DNA of 64,000 nucleotides from Elusimicrobiota bacterium (GTDB lineage: Bacteria > Elusimicrobiota > Elusimicrobia > Elusimicrobiales > UBA9959). The stretch covers positions 4,177-68,176 of the forward strand of contig JAUSCK010000173.1 of assembly GCA_030651035.1 (NCBI GenBank). Direction: 5' to 3'. Shown piece after piece: positions 19,359 through 28,931 of the stretch (its first letter is position 1; each line of letters begins with the position of its first letter). Below the pieces are notes generated by a model. The model made no database searches, was not told the DNA's origin, and saw nothing but the letters and a program-made list of their open reading frames with translations. The translations under genes were made by a program, and so were the position numbers.

Positions 19359-19783
19359 TTTAGTTCCCCTTTCCCCTCTTTGGCTATAAGACGCGCATAA
19401 TTGACTATATTCCTTACCAGCCGGCCCTCGGCTTCTTCCGCATCGCGATTTACCTGTAAAACTATGCCGGGCGCCAGTTCATACAGGGCCACTACGCTGC
19501 GCCCTGCCGGCTGGCTATTGCTCAGGTGCGGCAGGCGGGAGTGGACGGCGGGTTCGCCGGCCGGCTTTTTGCCGCTTAAAATTGTGGCGATGGCTTCCAG
19601 GGTGAGGCCTTTTTTCTGCAGATCACGGATCTTCAGCAGGCGGGCGAGGTGCCCGCTGTCATAAAAACCGCCGCGCCCCCTGCCGGCCGGTGGGTCTATT
19701 ACGCCCTGCTGTACGTAAAACCTTATAGTCCGGCGTGAGAGCCCGGTCTGCTCGCAAAGCTGATCGATCGTATATTTGCCCAT
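19355..19783 (-). CDS. MerR-family HTH protein
   Basis: YTIDQLCEQTGLSRRTIRFYVQQGVI; coupled to the vWA gene. Confidence 0.85.
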   Translation of the reverse strand: MGKYTIDQLCEQTGLSRRTIRFYVQQGVIDPPAGRGRGGFYDSGHLARLLKIRDLQKKGLTLEAIATILSGKKPAGEPAVHSRLPHLSNSQPAGRSVVALYELAPGIVLQVNRDAEEAEGRLVRNIVNYARLIAKEGKGELK

Positions 19784-19890
19784 GCTTTATTATAGCAGTA
19801 GACTGTCGTTTTTCCAAGTGTCGTAATAGCCGTTGACGGCACCCGACATGGTGGTGTCGCGGGGCGTGGAAATATCTTTCCGTGGTTTCT

Positions 19891-20241
19891 CTATTGCGGG
19901 CTAATGTGATGCCCGTGGCTGGTTGTGTGTTTCTGATTAGGTCTTGGGGACTCAACAGGAAGAAAAGCCAGGCGGATACCGTAAACCGCCAGTATTCCCT
20001 GGAGCGTGCCCACTTCCGGATTGCCGGTGGGCGATAGCGTTTTATAAAGGGTGGTGCGGCTCATTTTAGTGGCTTTAGCCAGCGCGCCCATGCCGCCGTT
20101 GGCGCCGACCACCCTGCGAATAGCGACAAGGAGGTATTTAAGTTCCCCCCCTTCGGCAGCGGCGTTAATATATGCGGCAGCCTCATCGCGGTTAACGAGG
20201 ACTTTTTTCATGTAACTGTCGTAAGATACTGTGTTTTTCAT
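19891..20241 (-). CDS. Addiction module antidote (HTH antitoxin)
   Basis: GMGALAKATKMSRTTLYKTLSPTGNP; overlaps toxin stop. Confidence 0.85.
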   Translation of the reverse strand: MKNTVSYDSYMKKVLVNRDEAAAYINAAAEGGELKYLLVAIRRVVGANGGMGALAKATKMSRTTLYKTLSPTGNPEVGTLQGILAVYGIRLAFLPVESPRPNQKHTTSHGHHISPQ

Positions 20242-20567
20242 TTTAGCCCCCGATATTGCTCCCAGAATCGCTGCGCCTTGCGTATGTCTCTACGCTGCGT
20301 TTGTTTATCACCGCCGCAAAGCAGCAGGACTATAACCGGACCATCCTCGCCGTAATAGACACGGTAGCCGGGCCCGTAGTGAATACGCAGTTCCCAGACC
20401 TCTTGCCCAACGCCTCGATGATCTCCAAAGTTGCCGTTCACAACACGATCCAATCTGGCGCGTATCGCGGCTTTTGCCGTCAGGTCAGAGATGGCGTCCA
20501 GCCATTCTCCGAAAAGGTCTTTCCCATTTTTACGGTAATTCCGCAACCTGCGTTCCTGCGGCTCCAT
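20238..20567 (-). CDS. RelE/ParE-family addiction module toxin
   Basis: GNFGD...ELRIHYGPGYRVY...LLCGGDK; TTGACA-17-TACACT promoter upstream. Confidence 0.9.
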   Translation of the reverse strand: MEPQERRLRNYRKNGKDLFGEWLDAISDLTAKAAIRARLDRVVNGNFGDHRGVGQEVWELRIHYGPGYRVYYGEDGPVIVLLLCGGDKQTQRRDIRKAQRFWEQYRGLK

Positions 20568-20632
20568 ATACGCCCCCTATAGTGTATCCCACAGAAGACA
20601 TATTGTCAAGGCTTTTCTGCTTCCTCGCTTAT

Positions 20633-20672
20633 GTTATAGCAGACGAACCCGACAACGGCTTGTCGGGTTCGT
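20633..20672 (-). promoter_or_regulatory. CGACA-N6-TGTCG palindrome with extended 13-bp arms, 11 nt, then TATAAC
   Basis: ACGAACCCGACAA-cggc-TTGTCGGGTTCGT. Confidence 0.7.
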
Positions 20673-20738
20673 AACAGCTATTTTCGTCTCTTGCCTTCTA
20701 ATTGGCGGGCTTTGGCGCTGTCGGCGTGGGCTCGCACT

Positions 20739-21143
20739 TTATCGCCCAGGTCGAAGTAGACGGCGCCGCGGCGCTCGTAGGCGGGGGCGCACCGCGGCTG
20801 TAAGCAATTCCTCGTGGTCGGGCTTCAGCTTAAGGCCCCAGGCCGCGGTTTCTGCGGCGTCTTTATAGCGCTCGCATTCGATCAGGCATTCCGCCTTGCC
20901 CTGCAGGGAGTCCAGGCGCGCCGGGTTGCGCTGCAGGGCCGCCTCAAAATCAGTCAGGGCCGAAACCGGGCGGCCGAGGGCCTGCAGGCAGATGGCGCGC
21001 AGGTAGCGCGTCTCCGTGCGGCGGGGCCAGCTATGGTTCAGCAGGTCGGCGGCCGCGGTAATCGCGCTGCCGGCCGCCCAGCGGTAAAGCCTGCCGGACA
21101 GGCCGGTTACAAGTTTCAGCAGGCACACCAGGAAGATCCTCAT
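20739..21143 (-). CDS. TPR-containing protein, probably truncated
   Basis: TPR-like helices (ALTDFEAALQRNP); low-complexity tail. Confidence 0.5.
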   Translation of the reverse strand: MRIFLVCLLKLVTGLSGRLYRWAAGSAITAAADLLNHSWPRRTETRYLRAICLQALGRPVSALTDFEAALQRNPARLDSLQGKAECLIECERYKDAAETAAWGLKLKPDHEELLTAAVRPRLRAPRRRLLRPGR

Positions 21144-21549
21144 TTTGCCTCCGGCTTTACGTGGTATTGTTTTATAAGCTCATGGGCGCGGTCCGCCAGC
21201 GGTTTAAAGTGGCATGGTTTTGGAGCTGCAAGGTCCGCGCCCATATTTAAAAAGTCTTGCGCCTGATAAGTATCATCAATATGCCCGGTTATCACCCACA
21301 CATAGACCCGTTTTTTTTGTTACTTTTAAGCGCCTTAAGCAGCTTTATTCCGTCAGGGCCGTGATGATAAAGGTTAGCTATAAAGATCAGCGGCGGCTCG
21401 CGCCGGGCTTGCGCGAGGGCTTTGTAACCGTCAATAAAGGTGACAATGTCGGCTTCTATCTTGAAAGTGGCGAAACCCCGCAGCAGCTGGCCTATAAACT
21501 GCTTCTCGCCGTCGATTATTATTATTTTAGGCCTTTATATTTTTTCCAT
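21140..21549 (-). pseudogene. Response-regulator receiver domain pseudogene
   Basis: Own translation MEKI*RPKIIIIDGE...DGIKLLKALK, frameshift near an A8 run, then VWVITG...GADLAAPKP. Confidence 0.6.
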
Positions 21550-21716
21550 GATTTATCCCCGCAGTTTTGCGCACAGCTGCATTGGCTGAACGAGCAGGGC
21601 TGGCAGGCGTTCATGGCCTCGCCCCGCTGCCGCGCCATCTCTTTAAAGGTGGCGCAGCCGGAGGTCAGGGACAGAAGGACCAAGAGCAGGGAGGTTCTGA
21701 GGTTCCTCATAATCAT
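21522..21716 (-). CDS. Small Cys-rich putative lipoprotein
   Basis: Signal-like LLLVLLSLTSGC followed by a Cys-rich segment. Confidence 0.45.
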   Translation of the reverse strand: MIMRNLRTSLLLVLLSLTSGCATFKEMARQRGEAMNACQPCSFSQCSCAQNCGDKSWKKYKGLK

Positions 21717-22369
21717 GCTTCCTGCTCAGCCTCCGGGAGGTATTTCTGCATGAGCTTTATGAACCGGGGCTCGTCGCGGAGCGCGTCGAGGTCCGTGTCC
21801 ACTTCGATGTGCCTGCGCTCGCGCAGGCCGTTCTCCAGGGCCAGCTCGAAGTAGCGGAGGGCTTCTTCCGTTTCTTCGTCCAGCGCGTACAGGCAGGCCA
21901 GGGAATAGAGCGCCCAGGGGATCATGTGGCCGTCTTCCGAGGGCTGCATCGTGAGATACTTCTGCAGGCAGCTCCGGGCCGCGCCGGGTTTGCCGGTTTT
22001 CGCGTAGACGTTGGCCTGGTCGTAGTAGACCACGGAGGAATTAGGGTTGAGCTCCAGCGCTTTGGCGTAATCCTTAAGCGCCCTTTTGAAATCGCTCTTC
22101 GCGTTATAAGAATTCCCCCGGTAATCGTAGGCCTTCGCGTAGCCGGGGTCTATGCCTATCGCGGCAGAGTAATCTTTGATCGCCGTGTCATAGTCATGCT
22201 TGAGGTGATAGGAAAAGCCCCGGCTGAGATAGGCCTCTTTGTTCCCGGGGTCAAGTTTTATGGCCTCGCTGAAACTTTCTATGGCCTTGTCGCACTTGCC
22301 CTCCTTGCCGTAAACAAGCCCCTGCTCATAAAAGGCGCTTCCGCGGTCAGTACATTCTTTGGTGTCCAT
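21713..22369 (-). CDS. TPR repeat protein
   Basis: Four canonical TPRs; C-terminal YSLACLYA...DTDLDALRDEPRF. Confidence 0.85.
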   Translation of the reverse strand: MDTKECTDRGSAFYEQGLVYGKEGKCDKAIESFSEAIKLDPGNKEAYLSRGFSYHLKHDYDTAIKDYSAAIGIDPGYAKAYDYRGNSYNAKSDFKRALKDYAKALELNPNSSVVYYDQANVYAKTGKPGAARSCLQKYLTMQPSEDGHMIPWALYSLACLYALDEETEEALRYFELALENGLRERRHIEVDTDLDALRDEPRFIKLMQKYLPEAEQEA

Positions 22370-22417
22370 ATATTTATTCCTCCGTTTCGTTGCGATTTAC
22401 TGTTTCCCTTCATCTAT

Positions 22418-22450
22418 ATTTTACAATTGCCCGACGACAAGGGCGTGTCG
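22418..22450 (-). promoter_or_regulatory. CGACA-N6-TGTCG palindrome, 11 nt, then TAAAAT
   Basis: Minus strand CGACAcgcccttGTCG-tcgggcaattg-TAAAAT. Confidence 0.75.
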
Positions 22451-22465
22451 CACCCCTTTTGCGCT

Positions 22466-23005
22466 TTAGAAGAAATCCGCGAGCTGCTGCCAGAGTTTTT
22501 TAAGCGGGCCGCCGCGCCTGTGGGAGCCGGGGAGGTCGGTGTTCCAGGTTTTAAGGAACGGGTAGCAGGTCAGGGCCACGGCGCCCAGGTAGGGCTGGGC
22601 GGCGTATTCTTTGGGGCAGTCCAGCAGCTCGGGCACAGGGTAGGCCAGGCGGGACAGGGGCAGCTCAAGCAGTTCGGCGGCGGCCGCGGGCATGCCCTTA
22701 AGCAGGGAGCCGCCGCCCGTAAGGATTATCCCGCCGGGCAGGTCCGGGCAGGCGGACTTCTGCACCGCTTCGTTAATAAGCTCGAAAATTTCTTCGAGGC
22801 GCGGCTGTATTAAATCCAGGATGTCTTTGGCCCCTATTTCCACCTGGGTGCACCGGTCGGCTTTCATAACAGCTATGCGCTTCTCTTTATCTATCAGGCT
22901 GGAGTAGCAGGCTCCGTATTTTTCCTTAAGCTCGCGGGCCCAGCCAACGGTGGTGTTAAGGCCGTGCGCGATGTCTTTTGTGATGTTGTCCCCGCCAATA
23001 CCGCA
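22466..23005 (-). pseudogene. ftsA: ftsA 3' fragment
   Basis: IGGDNITKDIA...ARELKEKYG...RLEEIFELI...GIILTGGGSLLKG; 5' part absent. Confidence 0.75.
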
Positions 23006-23050
23006 GGGGAGATGCCTGCGGGTTGTTTCGAGCTTTGCGGCTGGAACGTA

Positions 23051-24349
23051 TTAATCGAGAGTAAACTCGCCACCGTTTTGCAGCACGTGCACGCGGTCGC
23101 CAAAGGCGGCCTGGAAGATTTCCGGGTGCTCGGTATGGATAGGGATTATATGGCGCGGTTTCTTATTCTCCATCAGTTTCCGGATAGTTGAGAAATAGGC
23201 GTGGCCCGAGACATGCGCCGAATGGGCGTCCATGCCGCGCGCTTTGAAATATTCCAGGGTTTTCTGGTATTCCAGGTCCTCTTTATAGCCTTCCCACATT
23301 GAATAAACCAGGATGGCGTTTTTAAAGTTAGTTATTTTCGCCCTGCACCAGTGCTGCGCGTAGGTGCGGACCGGGATTATCAGTTTATCCGGGTTTTCAT
23401 TAACCCAAACCCAGGAAACCAGTTTGCGGGAGATTTTTTCCGCGGCTTCGGGATAATACTTCTGCAAATTCCTCATTGTGGGTGTGTCGAGGACTTTCAG
23501 ATATTCGCTTTCAAGCCCGGGGAGCTGCAGTTTCACGCCCTGCTTCAGAGCGAGGGTTTTAAGCGTTTCAAGAATAAGCGCCACATAGCCGTCTATAGCC
23601 AGGAACCTGCCTTTCCTGGCGGCGATCCCGCCGAGGCTGGCCAGCAGGTCCACGTTCTGGCCGGAGCACATGACATAGAGCGCGCCGCTGTCGGGCTTGA
23701 TTAGTTTTTCAATGTCCAGCATCACTTTTTTTTCATTATCGCCGGTTTCAACCCCGGCCTGGGTGCCCTCGGTGAGGATAAGGTCTATCCCGCCCATCTT
23801 TGTATTAAGGAATTTTGTAAAGGCGTGGGTCCGGTGGCCGTGGTCGCGGTAATCTCCGGTATAGATAATTTTCTTGCCTTCGGCTTCTATCAGGAAGGCG
23901 AAAGACTCGGAGGAGGAATGGTCCATCAAATAAGGCGTCAGGGTGAAAACGCCGACGGTAAACGGGACTTCTTTCCTGAAGTATTCCACCTTTGCCGTAA
24001 AATCTTTGTGGTCCGGGCCCATCTTGCCGGTTATGCGGATGATCTCTTCCATTATCTCGCTCATGTAGACGGGAAGCGCAGGGTTGAGCGGCCTGCCGTA
24101 AAGCATGCCGTAATGGTCCTGGTGGGTGTGTGAGATCACAAGGCCGTCCAGGCGGGCCTTGCCGGGTCCGTAAAGGCCCTCTATTTTGTGCTCAGCCTGT
24201 TCCAGCGTGATATTCTCGCTTTTATGGGTGACCGGGTTTATCCTGGGCAGCGGGGTTCCGTAATCCAGCAGTATGCGGGACTCGCCGGAAACCAGCTCAA
24301 TGCAGTTCCCCCCTATTTCCTCAGCCCCGCGATGTACGATAATTTTCAT
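23051..24349 (-). CDS. MBL-fold hydrolase, RNase J / beta-CASP-like
   Basis: EIGGNC, SHTHQDH, DHS, YTGD, HVSGHA. Confidence 0.85.
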   Translation of the reverse strand: MKIIVHRGAEEIGGNCIELVSGESRILLDYGTPLPRINPVTHKSENITLEQAEHKIEGLYGPGKARLDGLVISHTHQDHYGMLYGRPLNPALPVYMSEIMEEIIRITGKMGPDHKDFTAKVEYFRKEVPFTVGVFTLTPYLMDHSSSESFAFLIEAEGKKIIYTGDYRDHGHRTHAFTKFLNTKMGGIDLILTEGTQAGVETGDNEKKVMLDIEKLIKPDSGALYVMCSGQNVDLLASLGGIAARKGRFLAIDGYVALILETLKTLALKQGVKLQLPGLESEYLKVLDTPTMRNLQKYYPEAAEKISRKLVSWVWVNENPDKLIIPVRTYAQHWCRAKITNFKNAILVYSMWEGYKEDLEYQKTLEYFKARGMDAHSAHVSGHAYFSTIRKLMENKKPRHIIPIHTEHPEIFQAAFGDRVHVLQNGGEFTLD

Positions 24350-24368
24350 ATTATTGTTCCTTACAAAT

Positions 24369-24401
24369 AGTATACACCCCTGCTATGACAAGGGGTTGTC
24401 G
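24369..24401 (-). promoter_or_regulatory. CGACA-N6-TGTCA palindrome, 11 nt, then TATACT
   Basis: Minus strand CGACAaccccttGTCA-tagcaggggtg-TATACT. Confidence 0.8.
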
Positions 24402-24423
24402 CGGCGGCTATATCGTTAAAAAA

Positions 24424-24455
24424 GCGAAAACCGGAGGGGTAACCTCCGGCTTCGC
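24424..24455 (-). terminator. Probable intrinsic terminator
   Basis: CCGGAGG-ggtaa-CCTCCGG stem followed by T runs on the minus strand. Confidence 0.55.
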
Positions 24456-24940
24456 GTTCAGCAGCTCCGGTCTCAGGAGCGCCTGATTTTCTTGTAGACT
24501 TCCTTCCTGTGGCCGATCCCGTTTTTGCCGTCCTACCAGCCGACCCTGAACCATAGGACCATAATTATGAGGAAGAGCAGCCCGCCGAAGAACAAGCTCA
24601 GGAGAGTGGTCATCCACCTGGATTTAGGGGATAAGCGGGCATCCCTATAACCTCTGTTTTTGTAGCCTGCTTTGATATATTCTCCTGATCTGCCGTGGGC
24701 AGAAAACCTTTCCGCCGGATTGTCTATATTTTACAAACATTTTTCCCTTATAGCTGATCCGCGGCAGCTCAAAGCCGCATAGGCCTTTCGGTCTACCTCG
24801 TCCGGGACCGATATACCCTTACAGCGGAGGAACCTGCACCGTATACTATTGCTAGTGCAGACTTGCGCCTTAAAAGGTACCTGGTACCTTTGCCGCCGCT
24901 TGTCTGCTAGAATGTATTGCGGTATTTTATTGGAGGACCT

Positions 24941-25960
24941 ATGAAAATAAAGCCTTTCCTGATGCTGCTGGCGGTGACCATCCCCGCTTATTTCGTCTTC
25001 GTGCGCGGCGTGAAGCATATCCCTTCCGACCTGCGCGACGCCGTTTCCGACGGCGCCTACACTTCCCTGGCCGGCCCGGCCGCCGAAGTGAATGTGCCGG
25101 AGGCCTCGGCCCCGAGGGAAAAGCCGACGAAGTCCAAGTCCATTTACGGCGCCGACGACCGCCAGGACTATTACGCCGTCAACGCCGCCCTGAAGGAGCT
25201 GTCGGACTCGGTGGTCTCGCTCTGGGAGTCCAAGAGCGTCACGGTGGCGGACGGCACGGCCGGACTGGGCGTGATGGCCTTCGGGCGCGCCGCCGGGCTC
25301 TGCCCCGGCGAGAGGTTCGCCGAGCAGCCCATGGGCGCTTTCTGTTCCGGCTCGCTGGTGGGCGAGGACCTGGTAATGACGGCCGGCCACTGCATAGTCG
25401 ACCAGGCTAAATGCGCCGACACCAAGTTCGTGTTCGGCTTCGCCCTTAAAAAGGAAGGCGATTACCCGCGCTCGGTCCCGGCCAGTGACGTGTACAACTG
25501 CGCCAGCATCATCCAGCGCGACCTGCACACCGAAACCACCTTCCTGGAAAGCGTATTCAACGGCGGGCCCGGGCCCGACTTCGCTATCATAAAGCTCGAC
25601 AGGAAGGTCACCGGCCGCAAGCCGCTGGCGATCCACAGGAAAGCCAAGCCGGCCAATGGCGACCAGCTGTTCGTCATAGGCCACCCGGTGGGCCTGCCGC
25701 TTAAAGTGGCGGGCAGCGCCAAGGTGCGCAAAGCCTCGCCCAAGTATTTCTTCATGGCCGACCTCGACACCTTCGGCGGCAACTCGGGCAGCGCGGTGTT
25801 CAACGCGAACACCAACCTGATAGAGGGCATACTGGTGCGCGGCGACGTGGACTTCGTAGTCTCACCGGCCGGCTGCAGGCTGGCCTCAGTGGTTGCGCAG
25901 GACGCCGGCAAGGGCGAAGCTGTGACCAAGATATCCGCGGTGGAGAAATATATACCCTGA
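24941..25960 (+). CDS. Secreted trypsin-like serine protease
   Basis: TAGHC, DFAI, GNSGS; GGAGG RBS; signal peptide. Confidence 0.9.
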   Translation: MKIKPFLMLLAVTIPAYFVFVRGVKHIPSDLRDAVSDGAYTSLAGPAAEVNVPEASAPREKPTKSKSIYGADDRQDYYAVNAALKELSDSVVSLWESKSVTVADGTAGLGVMAFGRAAGLCPGERFAEQPMGAFCSGSLVGEDLVMTAGHCIVDQAKCADTKFVFGFALKKEGDYPRSVPASDVYNCASIIQRDLHTETTFLESVFNGGPGPDFAIIKLDRKVTGRKPLAIHRKAKPANGDQLFVIGHPVGLPLKVAGSAKVRKASPKYFFMADLDTFGGNSGSAVFNANTNLIEGILVRGDVDFVVSPAGCRLASVVAQDAGKGEAVTKISAVEKYIP

Positions 25961-25981
25961 ACAAGCTGTATAGCTGCAAAC

Positions 25982-26018
25982 AAAAGCCGCCGGGGAAGTC
26001 CCCGGCGGTTTTGTTTTT
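25982..26018. terminator. Bidirectional intrinsic terminator
   Basis: AAAAGCCGCCGGGGA-ag-TCCCCGGCGGTTTT between convergent genes. Confidence 0.75.
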
Positions 26019-26053
26019 GACAAATACCGTAAAAAACCCACGCCGTCTTTTTT

Positions 26054-27691
26054 CTAGGCGGGAAGACTTTTTATCAGGGCTTCGGCTTCCTGGAAGATGC
26101 GGGCCAGGTGGGCCTCGGAGCGGAAGCTTTCGGCGTAGATCTTGTAAACCTCCTCGGTGCCCGAGGGGCGCGCGGCGAACCAGCCGCCGGGGGTGATAAC
26201 CTTTATGCCGCCTATCGGTTCGTCGTTGGCTGGCGCGCGCGCAAGCACGGCCTCTATCTTTTCCCCCGCCAGTTCCTTGACCTTCACCTGCTCCGGGGTC
26301 AGCGTCTTCAGCAGCTTCTTCATGGCCGCGGTGGCCGGCGCGTCCTGCCGGCGGTAGAAGAATTCGCCGTATTTTTCGGTAAGCTGCTTATACAGCTGCG
26401 CCGGGTCCTTGCCCAGGCGCGCGGTTATCTCGGCCGAAAGCAGCGCCATTATTATGCCGTCCTTGTCCGTGCTCCAGGACCCGCCGTAGAAACCGAGGAA
26501 CGAAGCCCCCGCGCTTTCCTCCCCGCCGAAGCCGAGGCTGCCGTCCAGCAGCCCGTCCACGAACCATTTGAACCCTACCGGGACCTCGCAGAGCCGGCGC
26601 TCCAGCCCCGCCGCAACGCGGTCTATCATGGAGCTCGAGACGGCGGTCTTCCCCACGGCGGCGTCCGCGCGCCACCCGGGCCGGTTCTGGAACAGGTAAT
26701 AGATGGCCGCCGACAAATAATGGTTGGGCGGCAGCAGGCCGGCGCGGGTAACTATGCCGTGCCGGTCATAGTCGGTGTCGCAGCCGAAACTTATGTCGAA
26801 ATTGTCCTTCATTCCTATAAGCCGCCGCATGGCGTAGGGCGAAGAGGGGTCCATGCGTATCTTGCCGTCCCAATCGGCCGTCATGAAGGCGAATGATTTG
26901 TCCACCGCATCGTTGACCACGGTGAGGTTTATGCCGTACAGCTCGGCTATCTTCTCCCAGTATTTCACGCCCGCGCCGCCCAGCGGGTCCGCGCCCATTT
27001 TTATGCCCGCGCCGCGTATGGCGTCCATGTCTATCACGCCGGCCAGCCCCCCGACATATTCCGCGGCAAAATCGTAGCGACGCGTGGTGTTGGCGTTCAG
27101 CGCGGCGGCCAGCTGCATCCGCTTCACGCCGGCGAGGCCGTTCTTAAGGATCTCGTTGGCGAGGTCCTGCACCTGGCCGGTTATCTCCGGGCCGGCGGGG
27201 CCGCCGCTGGGCGGGTTGTATTTATAGCCGCCGTCGGAGGGCGGGTTATGCGAAGGGGTGATAAGTATGCCGTCGGCGAGGCCGGTGGTGCGCCCGGTGT
27301 TATGGGCCAGTATGGCGCGGGACAGGGCCGGCGTGGGCGTGTAGCCGCTGTCCGAGTCTATCATCACGCACACGCCGTTGGCGGCCAGCACTTCAAGCGC
27401 GGTCTCGAAGGCCGGCACCGACAGCGCGTGCGTGTCTATGCCCATGAACAGCGGGCCGTCTATGCCGGCGGCTTTGCGGTACTGGCAGATGGCCTGCGTT
27501 ACCGCCAGGATGTGCCGCTCGTTGAACGAACGCGCCAGCGAACTGCCCCGGTGCCCGGAGGTACCGAAAGAGATCCGCTGCTCCGCCTCGGCGGGATCCG
27601 GAACTTCCTTGTAGTAGGCCGCCAGCAGTTTGGGAATATCCGTCAGCAGCTCTGCAGGCAGCGTTTTCCCGGCATGTTCGCTTATCGGCAT
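26054..27691 (-). CDS. pgm: Phosphoglucomutase
   Basis: FGTSGHRG, TPSHNP, DTDYDR, GEESAG, RPSGTE. Confidence 0.95.
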   Translation of the reverse strand: MPISEHAGKTLPAELLTDIPKLLAAYYKEVPDPAEAEQRISFGTSGHRGSSLARSFNERHILAVTQAICQYRKAAGIDGPLFMGIDTHALSVPAFETALEVLAANGVCVMIDSDSGYTPTPALSRAILAHNTGRTTGLADGILITPSHNPPSDGGYKYNPPSGGPAGPEITGQVQDLANEILKNGLAGVKRMQLAAALNANTTRRYDFAAEYVGGLAGVIDMDAIRGAGIKMGADPLGGAGVKYWEKIAELYGINLTVVNDAVDKSFAFMTADWDGKIRMDPSSPYAMRRLIGMKDNFDISFGCDTDYDRHGIVTRAGLLPPNHYLSAAIYYLFQNRPGWRADAAVGKTAVSSSMIDRVAAGLERRLCEVPVGFKWFVDGLLDGSLGFGGEESAGASFLGFYGGSWSTDKDGIIMALLSAEITARLGKDPAQLYKQLTEKYGEFFYRRQDAPATAAMKKLLKTLTPEQVKVKELAGEKIEAVLARAPANDEPIGGIKVITPGGWFAARPSGTEEVYKIYAESFRSEAHLARIFQEAEALIKSLPA

Positions 27692-27718
27692 ATTTATCCC
27701 CTTGATTATTCGCGCTGG

Positions 27719-28576
27719 TTAAGTCCGATATTCTCTCAAATGGCGAGGCGCTTGGCAAATGCGCGCCCGCTGTGCGGCCCCTGAAGGCTCCCGCGGCTTT
27801 TTCAGTTCCCTTACACCGCCCAGGGACCTGACGGCCGTCTTTATTTCGCCGACGCATACTTTCGCATTGTGCAGCACCTCGTGCTCGCCGAACCGGAGCG
27901 TCGCCCAGCCGAAGCGCTTCAGCCATTTGTCCCTGGCGGCGTCTTTAGCGTGCTGCCCGGGGGTGGAATGGCAGCAGCGCCCGTCGCATTCGATATCCAG
28001 CTTTCCCCTTTTACAGAATAGCGCGAAGTCCAGCCGGTATTTCACCTTTCCGCCGCGCAGGATAACATGCTCCCGGCGAAAGCCGAGCCCGGCGGCTTTC
28101 AGCGCGGCGCACATCATGTTTTCTACGGGGACCACGTTGAAGACTCCGAGGATATCTTCGGCCTGCCCCAGGCGCCGCAGCGGGGCGTAGCCGAAAGAGA
28201 CCCTGCTGCCGCTGGTATTAAGGATTTCGCGGGGAAGCTTAATGAGCGGCCCCAGGCTGTATTTCACGTAAAGCTGCAGCGCCCCCGGATGTCCGGGCTC
28301 ATCCGGGAGAATATCGATCCTGCGCCAGGTAGAGCAGCCCGCGACTTCGGCATAACAGGCTATTCTTTTCCCGGCGGCCTTAAAGCAGGCCGGCTGGTAG
28401 AAAGCTATGTGCGTAAAGCCGCCCCTCGGCGCTTTCCTGAGCGGTATCCTGTACCAGCGGTCCTCCGCCGCGATCGCCAGGTCGCGCGGCGCCCTCAGGA
28501 CCGCGATCAGGGCGGTTTTTTCCGGCGGGGATTTCACGCGCCGGGCGCCGCAATTTATAATCGTTTCTTTGTACAT
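27719..28576 (-). CDS. DUF559 (Vsr-like endonuclease) domain protein
   Basis: YRLDFAL...IECDG...H...DAARDKWL..GW..LRF; N-terminal WYRIP domain. Confidence 0.8.
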   Translation of the reverse strand: MYKETIINCGARRVKSPPEKTALIAVLRAPRDLAIAAEDRWYRIPLRKAPRGGFTHIAFYQPACFKAAGKRIACYAEVAGCSTWRRIDILPDEPGHPGALQLYVKYSLGPLIKLPREILNTSGSRVSFGYAPLRRLGQAEDILGVFNVVPVENMMCAALKAAGLGFRREHVILRGGKVKYRLDFALFCKRGKLDIECDGRCCHSTPGQHAKDAARDKWLKRFGWATLRFGEHEVLHNAKVCVGEIKTAVRSLGGVRELKKPREPSGAAQRARICQAPRHLREYRT

Positions 28577-28596
28577 ACGCCTCTTGCCGCATAAAT

Positions 28597-28629
28597 AGCA
28601 TAGCAGACGAACCCGACAAGGGCCTGTCG
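28597..28629 (-). promoter_or_regulatory. CGACA-N6-TGTCG palindrome, 11 nt, then TATGCT
   Basis: Minus strand CGACAggcccttGTCG-ggttcgtctgc-TATGCT. Confidence 0.8.
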
Positions 28630-28682
28630 GGTTGGCGTAACGCGGAGCGTGTATTTTCTCCCGAATTTCCCGCCCCGCCGGC

Positions 28683-28820
28683 TCAGACGGGCTCCGTACC
28701 GCCGGGCTGGAATTTCCAGAAATGCGCGATGTCCATATCCGCCGGGATATTGTCGCCGTGGGCGCCCCCGAACAGCTTTACGATAGTCCCGGCGACCGAA
28801 GTTATAGAATATTCGTCCAT
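28683..28820 (-). pseudogene. Possible hollowed-out alkaline-phosphatase-superfamily gene (start fused to end)
   Basis: MDEYSITSVAGTIVKLFG|GAHGDNIPADMDIAHFW; family assignment from memory only. Confidence 0.35.
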
Positions 28821-28931
28821 ATCAGTGAAAAGCGGCCCGTCCCCCGACCTTTTAAAACAGACCTTTGGCCTATGGCGGCGTAGGCCCTTTGGCACTTATC
28901 AATAAAGGCGCATATACGTATACTAATACTA

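Noticed and set aside
21441..21451. TGACA-A-TGTCG as another regulon site
   Set aside because: Spacer is 1 nt rather than 6, and it lies inside a pseudogene with no -10 box
24408..24900. Short ORFs between the MBL and protease genes
   Set aside because: No recognisable family; insufficient support
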